The position numbers and the translations under genes were made by a program. Positions 8,306-15,591 of a DNA stretch of 20,000 nt are shown piece after piece. Source of the DNA: an uncultured virus (IMG/VR IMGVR_UViG_3300033066_002331) (Duplodnaviria; Heunggongvirae; Uroviricota; Caudoviricetes); IMG/VR virus record IMGVR_UViG_3300033066_002331; one strand, 5' to 3'. Position 1 is the first letter of the stretch. The number at the start of each line of letters is the position of its first letter. The notes beneath the pieces are model-generated. The model was not told the DNA's origin, ran no database searches, and saw only the letters and a program-made list of their open reading frames with translations.

Positions 8306-8516
8306 AATGCTACCAAGAAAATTACATCTGGAACAAATAAATAGATTTCACGATAAAGTTGAAGCTTTATCTAAACAAATCGACGAAGAAACTGACGATA
8401 AAAAGAAGGCAGAATTATCAATGAATTATTTTATATTAACAAGTAAAGTATGGTCCAAAATTGATAACTGTGTCGAAAATGATATAAAAAACACATTAGA
8501 TATAATGGAGAATTAA
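8292..8516 (+). CDS. hypothetical protein
   Basis: Helical 69-74-aa ORF; start may be ATG 8307. Confidence 0.55.
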   Translation: MKQSKMLPRKLHLEQINRFHDKVEALSKQIDEETDDKKKAELSMNYFILTSKVWSKIDNCVENDIKNTLDIMEN

Positions 8517-8518
8517 AA

Positions 8519-8539
8519 AAAGTTATTAACTTTTTTATA
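8519..8539. repeat. left copy of a 21-bp perfect inverted repeat (palindromic core)
   Basis: AAAGTTATTAACTTTTTTATA is the exact reverse complement of 9601-9621. Confidence 0.7.
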
Positions 8540-8546
8540 GTTAAAG

Positions 8547-8571
8547 CAACTTTTTTCAAAAATCTTCGTAT
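8547..8571 (+). promoter_or_regulatory. class A promoter motif upstream of tmRNA
   Basis: CAACT-N15-CGTAT about 10 nt before the predicted 5' end of the acceptor piece. Confidence 0.6.
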
Positions 8572-8580
8572 ATTTACAAT

Positions 8581-8820
8581 ATATTAATCTTGTTGACGCT
8601 TAAAGGCTTAATTCAACCACGAGGCTCTCGGATGCCTCCGTCTCCACTACAAAAAAAACTATGGGGTCGAACGGTTTTCGCTTGGAGGACGGTAGTTAAG
8701 AATAGAGATTAATAAAGCCCGTAAACGGCAACATCACAAAAAGCTTAGCAGCTTCAGCAATGGAGTATGCAAGCATCAGAGAAACTTCTGCAGTCCTTGA
8801 GGCTGAGTTAGTTTAACAGA
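8581..8820 (+). ncRNA. ssrA: circularly permuted (two-piece) tmRNA
   Basis: T-arm GAGGC/GCCTC (8621-8638), 3' acceptor strand CGTCTCC-A (8639-8646), A-rich linker, then 5' acceptor strand GGGGTCG (8663-8669) giving G3:U70. P2 pairings 8607-8618/8691-8700 and 8582-8590/8706-8714. TAAAC-GGC resume context; tag ORF 8727-8816. Confidence 0.85.
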
Positions 8821-8851
8821 AAAGGGCCTGAATAATAGTAAGGCCCTTTTT
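8820..8851. terminator. bidirectional intrinsic terminator
   Basis: AAAAGGGCCT-gaataatagta-AGGCCCTTTTT between the tmRNA and the convergent HNH gene. Confidence 0.8.
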
Positions 8852-9409
8852 CTATTTTAAATTTTTCTTTATATCTCTATTGGTTTTACTGCAAAGAGGT
8901 TGGAAATTTGTATAATGATTTAATAAAATAATTTCATTTTTAGAGCTCGCAGTAGATACTGGAATAATATGGTCAAAATCCCATCCATAATTCAACTCCC
9001 CGTTATAAAGTCCATAATTATCCCAATTCATCCAGCTTTCAAATTTAGATTCTATATATGATTTAAACTCTTTAAAAGAACAACCAAGAATACTTTCTGT
9101 TTTACTCGTTTTATCAATATTCAAATTTTTAATATTGTAATTAATATTTGCCCTTATAGCATTTTTTAGCTTAAATAGATTATCTGCTTTTATTCTTTTT
9201 GCGAAATATTTTCTATTTATCCTCTTTGTTATTTCTTTATTGTTTTCAACATATTTTTTACCATATTCTTTTATCTTTTCTTTGTTTATTTGTCTATAAA
9301 CACTTCTACAGCCTTTACACTGATAGCTATAACCATCTTTTTTAGTTTTGTTTTTAGAAAAGTTTTCAATATCCTGTTCTATCTTACATGTGCTACAAAT
9401 TTTTTTCAT
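8852..9409 (-). CDS. HNH homing-endonuclease-like protein
   Basis: N-terminal CxxC...CxxC; LGCS...MNWDNYG...WDFDHIIP...HYTNFQPLC...N. Confidence 0.8.
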   Translation of the reverse strand: MKKICSTCKIEQDIENFSKNKTKKDGYSYQCKGCRSVYRQINKEKIKEYGKKYVENNKEITKRINRKYFAKRIKADNLFKLKNAIRANINYNIKNLNIDKTSKTESILGCSFKEFKSYIESKFESWMNWDNYGLYNGELNYGWDFDHIIPVSTASSKNEIILLNHYTNFQPLCSKTNRDIKKNLK

Positions 9410-9545
9410 ATTCTTCCTGTATTAAATTTCTTAATAATTCAGCTAATTTTTCAGGCTTAATTTCTTTTTTTATTGCTCGCTTAGCGATAATAGAATTTAA
9501 CATTTTTTCTATGTTTTCATCGTATACAAATAAGTATTTTTTCAT
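9393..9545 (-). CDS. small ribbon-helix-helix-like protein (50 aa)
   Basis: Manual ORF MKKYLFVYDENIEKMLNSIIAKRAIKKEIKPEKLAELLRNLIQEEYEKNL*, overlapping the HNH start by 17 nt. Confidence 0.55.
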   Translation of the reverse strand: MKKYLFVYDENIEKMLNSIIAKRAIKKEIKPEKLAELLRNLIQEEYEKNL

Positions 9546-9600
9546 AATATATAGTTTATATATAATATATATTTAATACTTTTTCTATTATATAAACTCT

Positions 9601-9621
9601 TATAAAAAAGTTAATAACTTT
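9601..9621. repeat. right copy of the 21-bp inverted repeat
   Basis: TATAAAAAAGTTAATAACTTT. Confidence 0.7.
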
Positions 9622-9634
9622 ATAATTTTTTTTC

Positions 9635-9659
9635 AAACCTTTATTTGTTTATGACGTAT
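9635..9659 (+). promoter_or_regulatory. class A promoter motif upstream of the sigma factor
   Basis: AAACC-N15-CGTAT. Confidence 0.65.
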
Positions 9660-9699
9660 CACTAATGAATAATTTAATAACATCAAACAAAATATAACT

Positions 9700-10611
9700 A
9701 TGAGACAACTAAAAATCACACAACAAATCACTTCAAGAGAAACTTTGGCTATGAATAAATATCTTCAAGATATTAGTCCTATACCATTGCTTACAGCTGA
9801 AGAAGAACTTGAATTACCGCAGAAAATGAAAGACGGTGATGAAAGGGCCAGAAAAAGATTCATAGAAGGTAATTTAAGATTTGTTGTCAGTGTTTCAAAA
9901 CAATATCAAAGTACTGGAGAAAAATTAGATGACCTTGTTAGTGCTGGAAATTTAGGTTTAATTACTGCATCAGAAAAATTTGATATTTCCAGAGGCTTTA
10001 AATTTATCTCTTATGCAGTATGGTGGATTAGACAATCAATTTTACAATATTTGGCTGAAAATGGTAAAATGATTCGTCTTCCTCTAAATAAGATTACTTC
10101 TCTTAATAAAATTAAAACAGCCATTGCTAATTTAGAGCAAAGGCTTCAAAGAACTCCTACATCTGAAGAAATAGCAGAATACTTAAATGAAGATGCTCTA
10201 CGCAAAAAAGTTACAGGCAAAGTTGAAACATTAACAGCACAAGATATTGAATTTACTATTGCATCAGGAGGAAGTGTATCATCTTATGATATAAAAGTGG
10301 GGGAAGATAATGATTCTCCAATCTCTGATACAATGGAAGGAGAATCTGAAATAGATATAAATACGATTTTAAATAATCGTGACCTTGAACATGTTCTAAG
10401 AAGATTATTTAAAGCTAGATTAACAGATAGAGAACAAATAGTTGTTAAAAGATTCTTTGGTATTCTTGGAGAAAAACAATCAACATCTCTTGAAGAGATA
10501 GGAGAAGATTTAGAGCTTACAAGAGAAAGAGTTCGTCAAATTAAAGAAAAAGCAATTAAAAAGTTAAAGAGACAAAGTGTTGTAGATGAATTAATTGATT
10601 ATGCCAATTAA
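9700..10611 (+). CDS. rpoD: RNA polymerase sigma-70 factor, Bacteroidota RpoD/SigA type
   Basis: MRQLKIT start, NLRFVVSVSKQY, GFKFISYAVWWIRQSI, IRLPLN, LEEIGEDLELTRERVRQIKEKA; no region 1.1. Confidence 0.92.
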   Translation: MRQLKITQQITSRETLAMNKYLQDISPIPLLTAEEELELPQKMKDGDERARKRFIEGNLRFVVSVSKQYQSTGEKLDDLVSAGNLGLITASEKFDISRGFKFISYAVWWIRQSILQYLAENGKMIRLPLNKITSLNKIKTAIANLEQRLQRTPTSEEIAEYLNEDALRKKVTGKVETLTAQDIEFTIASGGSVSSYDIKVGEDNDSPISDTMEGESEIDINTILNNRDLEHVLRRLFKARLTDREQIVVKRFFGILGEKQSTSLEEIGEDLELTRERVRQIKEKAIKKLKRQSVVDELIDYAN

Positions 10612-10614
10612 TTG

Positions 10615-10641
10615 AAACCTAATACAAAAACATACGTATAA
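10615..10641 (+). promoter_or_regulatory. class A promoter motif
   Basis: AAACC-N15-CGTATAA, only 6 nt before ATG 10648 (near-leaderless). Confidence 0.7.
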
Positions 10642-10647
10642 TACATT

Positions 10648-11226
10648 ATGGAAAATAATAATTTCAGAAAAACTTTAGCTCTTGATATTCATGGCATTAT
10701 AAATGCACATACTGCATTCTTTGCTGCTGTTACAAAAAGCCTTATTAAAGATGGATGGGAAGTGCATATCCTTACAGGAAGTCATCTTGTAGAAGGTAAT
10801 ATTCCAGAAGAATTAAAAAAATATGGTATCGAATATACTCATTTATTTTCTATTGCGGATTATCACAGAGAAAATAAAACTGAAGGTATGTGGTATGACA
10901 CCAATGGAGACCCTTGGGTGACAGATGAAGAATGGGATAAAACAAAAGCTGAATATTGTAAAAGAAATAATATTTCTTTCTGTATTGATGATACAGCAAG
11001 ATATGCAAATCATTTTGAAACTCCTTTTGGCTATATGTCAATTCAAATGACAAATAAAAAACCTAATAAGTATCTGGGTCTTATCATTGATATGTTTGAA
11101 ACTCGTAGACGAAATAAACAATCTCAATTACCAATTAAGAAAAAAGAGTTAAGTTTTTTTGAATGGATAAATAAAAAAATTGAATGGTTTGTAAGTCCTT
11201 CAAGTAAATTAGGCAAAGAAAGATAG
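10648..11226 (+). CDS. HAD-superfamily-like protein
   Basis: LALDIHGII (variant motif I), HILTGS, K...C, CIDD. Confidence 0.6.
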   Translation: MENNNFRKTLALDIHGIINAHTAFFAAVTKSLIKDGWEVHILTGSHLVEGNIPEELKKYGIEYTHLFSIADYHRENKTEGMWYDTNGDPWVTDEEWDKTKAEYCKRNNISFCIDDTARYANHFETPFGYMSIQMTNKKPNKYLGLIIDMFETRRRNKQSQLPIKKKELSFFEWINKKIEWFVSPSSKLGKER

Positions 11227-11228
11227 TT

Positions 11229-11312
11229 ATGATAGAAATTTTATTAATCACTCTTTCAATTATTATATTTTTTATAACAACAAAAAGAACAGACAGAAGA
11301 AAAAAATGGTAA
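11229..11312 (+). CDS. 27-aa membrane micro-protein
   Basis: MIEILLITLSIIIFFITTKRTDRRKKW*; fills the gap and overlaps the next start. Confidence 0.4.
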   Translation: MIEILLITLSIIIFFITTKRTDRRKKW

Positions 11313-11533
11313 CAATATTTTCAATTTTAGTTATTTGCTCAATAATATTTTTAATATCAATGGGCATTGCCTTTAGGAAGGCTCCTAAGGACCCTTATGA
11401 AATATTAGAAGAAGAGGAATTTTTAGAAAAAAGTAAATCTTCTTCAGAAGTTCAAGTTGTTATTGATGACGGAGAGGTTGATGAAGATACTGATGAAGAA
11501 CCAGATAATGAAAATGAAGAAGACCAGGATTAA
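11306..11533 (+). CDS. membrane-anchored protein with highly acidic tail
   Basis: N-terminal TM followed by a D/E-rich region. Confidence 0.6.
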   Translation: MVTIFSILVICSIIFLISMGIAFRKAPKDPYEILEEEEFLEKSKSSSEVQVVIDDGEVDEDTDEEPDNENEEDQD

Positions 11534-11548
11534 TCTGGTCTTTTCTTT
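11520..11548 (+). terminator. intrinsic terminator between convergent units
   Basis: AAGACCAG-gattaat-CTGGTCTT-TTCTTT. Confidence 0.65.
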
Positions 11549-11955
11549 TATTCTCCTAATAATTGTTTAATATCTTCATGAATTTTTTCATCCATCATTT
11601 GTTTCCAATTATCTGAACCATTTTTAATGTGCTCTCTAATTTGTGTAGCACTAATATTTGTAATATCATTTGGTGGAACATGTTCTGTTGGAGTATATCC
11701 AACTCCACGACCCCAATTTACTGATTCTATATCTGGAATAATTATTACAGATACTTTTTCATTTCCTTCATAAATTTTCTCCCAAAGCTTTTTTACTTGT
11801 TCAGGTTCTAAAGGATTCTTTTCGTCAGGTTCAATATCTCTAATAGCTATTAAAATAGGTTTACCTTCATTTAATTTTTGTTCAAATAGCCACATATGAG
11901 CAACTGAACATGGCTGAAAACGTCCTATAAATAAACTTTTAGCTCTTTTTTTCAT
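11548..11955 (-). CDS. cytidylyltransferase-like (HUP-superfamily) nucleotidyltransferase
   Basis: FIGRFQPCSVAH (variant HxGH), IAIRD, KNP, WGRGVGY, ISATQIR. Confidence 0.8.
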   Translation of the reverse strand: MKKRAKSLFIGRFQPCSVAHMWLFEQKLNEGKPILIAIRDIEPDEKNPLEPEQVKKLWEKIYEGNEKVSVIIIPDIESVNWGRGVGYTPTEHVPPNDITNISATQIREHIKNGSDNWKQMMDEKIHEDIKQLLGE

Positions 11956-12796
11956 AGTTTTTTAATATTTTTTTTAATTTAAAAAATTTATTATCAAAAA
12001 TCAATATATAATCGTATTCTTTTTCTGCTGCTTCTTTTTTTATTAAATTTATTTCTAAATTTTTCTTCCAAGTATACCAAGATTTTATTTCAAAAACAAT
12101 ATTACTATTTTTTATTTTAAAATCAGAAAAGTAAGAGTGGGCTTTTCCAGCGTTATCTATATAGTTTATTTTTGGACCTCTTTCGATTAAATCTAGCATT
12201 CCTAATTCTTCAATAAATAATAAAAACTTTAACTCATATGAACTTTGATAATCTAAACCTTTATATTGTTTTGTATATACTTTACCCCATCTTTTCCCAG
12301 GAACTTGTCTACCTTCTTTATAAGATAACAAAGTAGATTTACTCATCTTCTCTTTTGTTTCTTTAGTCCTTTTTTTTCCTCTGTTTTTTTTAGCAATTTT
12401 TTCCCACACATTCGCATCTTTTGCTGCTTTTTTTGTACTTTCCCAAGTAAATGGATTACCTTTTTCTTGTATAAGTTTTTTAGCTCCTAATAAAAAACTT
12501 TCATTTGGAGGAACTCCAAACATTCCATTTCTGTCTCCTTTATTGTAACATTTTTTACAATAATGAACTTTATTTTCAGGCTTTAAATCTCTTATTCTTT
12601 TAGTGTGGATAATATTACAATCATCACACTTTACTAACATTTTTAAAGTTCTAAACTTGGTAGTTCTTAATAAAGTCCAATGAACACTAATTGTCTTATT
12701 TAATTCTGGAATATAACCTAATTTTTTAATCCAATCATTGAGTCGAGAATTATCAACTAATACTATCTCTAAATTTTCTTTTTCTGTTATAAACAT
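11939..12796 (-). CDS. free-standing endonuclease, NUMOD3-like + TnsA-like PD-(D/E)XK domain
   Basis: CxxC pairs, NGMFG, GKKRTKETKEKMS, YQSSYELKF...YFSDF...FEIK. Confidence 0.75.
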   Translation of the reverse strand: MFITEKENLEIVLVDNSRLNDWIKKLGYIPELNKTISVHWTLLRTTKFRTLKMLVKCDDCNIIHTKRIRDLKPENKVHYCKKCYNKGDRNGMFGVPPNESFLLGAKKLIQEKGNPFTWESTKKAAKDANVWEKIAKKNRGKKRTKETKEKMSKSTLLSYKEGRQVPGKRWGKVYTKQYKGLDYQSSYELKFLLFIEELGMLDLIERGPKINYIDNAGKAHSYFSDFKIKNSNIVFEIKSWYTWKKNLEINLIKKEAAEKEYDYILIFDNKFFKLKKILKNYEKKS

Positions 12797-12867
12797 AAAA
12801 CTTATTTTATATAAATATTACAAAAAAAGCAAAATATGATTTCTACCTACTCTTTTAGGACATAATC

Positions 12868-13584
12868 TTATTTCTTAATATGATTTAAAATTTTTTTCAC
12901 ACAATTATCAATACTAATACCAGTTGTATTAATATTTAACTCTGGATTTTTAGGAATCTCATAAGGTGCTGAATCATGTATTCCAGTAAAATCTTTAATT
13001 ATTCCTTCTCTTACTTTTTTATAAAGGCCCTTAACATCTCTTTTTTCACATTCTTCAAGTGAAGTACTTACATAAACTTCTGTAAAATCTTTACTAATAC
13101 TTCTAACATAATCTCTAGCTTCTGCATAAGGAGAAATTAAACTAATTATAGGAATAATGCCTTGACTTTGTAAATAAACAGCCATTTTACCTACATCTTG
13201 ATTGTGTTTAATTCTATCTTCTTTAGTAAAGCCATTATTTTTAAAAATATCTCTTATTTCATCTCCATCTAAAACCATAGCACTATGACCTTCAGATTGT
13301 AATTTTTCTACAAGAGCTTTTGCTATTGTAGTTTTACCACTACCTGACAATCCAGTAAGCCACACTAATGAATTTCTATATTTTTTATTGGCAAATTTTT
13401 CCCAAATTAAATCAAAAAAATAATATGTAGAAATTTTAATAAAATTTTCAGCAATTCCTATTGTTAATGAAATTTTTGCATCACCCGTTATAACAAAAGA
13501 TACAATAAAAGTTATTATAAAAGCATAAATCCTATATATAATAGATTTTAAAGCAAGTTTTTTATGCATTTTTTCAATTTTCAT
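12868..13584 (-). CDS. cysC: adenylyl-sulfate (APS) kinase with N-terminal DUF2061-like membrane domain
   Basis: WLTGLSGSGKTT, LDGDEIR, ISPY, RDVKGLYKK, FTG..APYE.P; N-terminal KSIIYRI...ITGD...YYFFDLIW. Confidence 0.92.
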   Translation of the reverse strand: MKIEKMHKKLALKSIIYRIYAFIITFIVSFVITGDAKISLTIGIAENFIKISTYYFFDLIWEKFANKKYRNSLVWLTGLSGSGKTTIAKALVEKLQSEGHSAMVLDGDEIRDIFKNNGFTKEDRIKHNQDVGKMAVYLQSQGIIPIISLISPYAEARDYVRSISKDFTEVYVSTSLEECEKRDVKGLYKKVREGIIKDFTGIHDSAPYEIPKNPELNINTTGISIDNCVKKILNHIKK

Positions 13585-14393
13585 AATTTGTATTTTTTTA
13601 AAAATTTATCTTCGTATTTAGGTAAAAATTTTATTTTTTTTTGTTTATACAATTTAACAATTTCTTCTTCTTTTAAAATTTCAGGCTCTACCATTATAAA
13701 TTTCATATTATTACTCTTACAAAATTTTTCTGCAGCTTCTTTTTTTAGAATTACTGTTTTTGAATTTTGTAATTTTAACGGTTTACATTCAATTATATAT
13801 TTACCATCTATAATAAAGTCTGGAAAGTAATTTCTTTTTGTACCATCCCAATTTATATAAGATATTTTATTTTTCTTTAATTCTCCGTTTTCCCAACTTA
13901 AATTTTTAGCCTCTATTTCATTTATCATATATGATAATTCTCTCAAACTCCTAAAAAACCAATCTTTATACCAACCACTCCATCCATTTCCTGAACCCTG
14001 TGGAGATGGCTTTCCATACATATTATTTTTTTCTCCTGAACTATTTAAAGATTGCTTCTTTTTATATAAAATCATTTTTTTATCAGCTTCTTCTTTTCCG
14101 TATTTTTCAACCCAAACATCATATATATTTCTACCTGCCATTGGATTATTTTGAGTCATTTGTATTTTTAATTTATTTTTATTTTCTTCTCCATACAAAT
14201 CTTTCCCAAATCTAAACTCTGCTATTTTATCTTTTGATTCTTGTTTATGAGTTTTTCCAAAAAAAGGATTATTTATTCCATTTTGATGATTTCTACACTT
14301 TCTTTTTTTCTTTTCAGCTCTATTACATTCATATTTATTTGAATATGTTAATATCACATCACACTCAGGGCATTTTCTTTGATTTAGTTCCAT
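13581..14393 (-). CDS. free-standing endonuclease, NUMOD3-like + TnsA-like PD-(D/E)XK domain
   Basis: NPFFGKTHKQESKDKI, NNMYGK, FFRSLRELSY...YFPDF...IECKP. Start set at ATG 14393 because a TATTTATA motif lies 9 nt upstream. Confidence 0.75.
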   Translation of the reverse strand: MELNQRKCPECDVILTYSNKYECNRAEKKKRKCRNHQNGINNPFFGKTHKQESKDKIAEFRFGKDLYGEENKNKLKIQMTQNNPMAGRNIYDVWVEKYGKEEADKKMILYKKKQSLNSSGEKNNMYGKPSPQGSGNGWSGWYKDWFFRSLRELSYMINEIEAKNLSWENGELKKNKISYINWDGTKRNYFPDFIIDGKYIIECKPLKLQNSKTVILKKEAAEKFCKSNNMKFIMVEPEILKEEEIVKLYKQKKIKFLPKYEDKFLKKYKL

Positions 14394-14455
14394 AATTTTT
14401 ATTATAAATAGCAAATAAAATTAAAATCCAGAACCACTTAGCCCTATATAACAAA

Positions 14456-15340
14456 TTATTTTTTTAAATTAAGAGCAATTAATTGTTGTTGATATTCTTC
14501 ATCACTAAGTCCTAATAATGCTGAAGGATTGTTATCAAATACAAATTGATTAAGGCCTGCAAATTTATTATTAATAACATTTTGATATTTTGTGGGAAAT
14601 TCTACATCAGAAGGTTTAAACTTAACACTGCCTTCCTTAATAGTATGTGGAAATTTATAATTATAAAAACCATCATATTCAAATGTTGCTTGTTTTAACT
14701 TTGTTAAATCATAAGATTTTCTTGGTTCTCCAATGAAATCATGAATTTGATTTAACACTTCTTGAGTATTATTTGTAAGGTCGAAATATTTAACTATTAA
14801 AATTCTATCCCCATAACCCATTTCAATAGCATCTCTTAAAATTTCAACAGGATAACTTACAATACCACCATCATTCATAAAAGTTCCAATTCTTCTATCT
14901 AATGTAGCAAATGCACCAGGAGCTGCTTGCTCATCTGGATTTTCAAGTAAAATACTACGTTGATACTGCGATTCAATACTTCCTATGACCTCACATGGAT
15001 TACGATAAAACCATATAATTTTTGTATCATTGTTTTGTCTTATTTCATCAAGCATTGATAGGTGATTTGACCAACCCCTACACTTATCAAACACCACATC
15101 TTTATCATAAAAAAACCCCTCAAGAAATCCGTTCATGCCAGCCCTAAAATTATTCATTAATTTCAATCTATCTTGTGCTCTCCAAGTGGGGTCGTGACTA
15201 AAGTTACTTCTCATAACTTTAAGTGTATCTAATATAGCACTTGTAGGTGTTACATGAAAACTTTCATTCATACTTAAAAGCTGTGCTGCTAATGTGGTTC
15301 CTGCTCTTGGCATACCACCTATTATATGGAATTTACGCAT
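14456..15340 (-). CDS. PAPS-dependent sulfotransferase
   Basis: 5'-PSB loop GGMPRAGTT, FDKCR, 3'-PB motif YRNPCEVIGS, KYFDLTNN...I..FIG. Confidence 0.85.
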   Translation of the reverse strand: MRKFHIIGGMPRAGTTLAAQLLSMNESFHVTPTSAILDTLKVMRSNFSHDPTWRAQDRLKLMNNFRAGMNGFLEGFFYDKDVVFDKCRGWSNHLSMLDEIRQNNDTKIIWFYRNPCEVIGSIESQYQRSILLENPDEQAAPGAFATLDRRIGTFMNDGGIVSYPVEILRDAIEMGYGDRILIVKYFDLTNNTQEVLNQIHDFIGEPRKSYDLTKLKQATFEYDGFYNYKFPHTIKEGSVKFKPSDVEFPTKYQNVINNKFAGLNQFVFDNNPSALLGLSDEEYQQQLIALNLKK

Positions 15341-15429
15341 ATTTTATTGTTTTTGATAAATATATTAATACTTTTTTTAAAAACAAAATTTTTTATCATA
15401 TTTATGTAAAACAGTAAAACATTTAAAGT

Positions 15430-15591
15430 ATGGAAAAAAATAAGAATTTAAATATTAGAATACCAAAAGAGTTGCATGATAAAATCAAGAATGAAGCTAT
15501 TAAAAAATCAGTTCAAACAAATGAGTTAGTAACTGTGTCTGAAATTATCAGAGAAATGCTTGAGACTAAATTTAATAACAATGAAAAATAG
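15430..15591 (+). CDS. ribbon-helix-helix (Arc/CopG-like) protein, 53 aa
   Basis: Manual ORF MEKNKNLNIRIPKELHDKIKNEAIKKSVQTNELVTVSEIIREMLETKFNNNEK*; LNIRIP..L...I and SEIIR..L signature. Confidence 0.75.
   Translation: MEKNKNLNIRIPKELHDKIKNEAIKKSVQTNELVTVSEIIREMLETKFNNNEK

Noticed and set aside
8621..8690. tRNA gene
   Set aside because: The halves are in permuted order, there is no anticodon arm, and a tag ORF follows; tmRNA fits better.
11939..14393. Tn7-like transposon based on TnsA-like domains
   Set aside because: No TnsB/TnsC or terminal repeats; NUMOD3-type fusions indicate free-standing endonucleases.
4021..14414. Group I intron or intein context for the endonucleases
   Set aside because: Flanks are short and AT-rich with no recognisable P4-P7 core or suitable U/G splice junctions; no in-frame fusions or intein termini.
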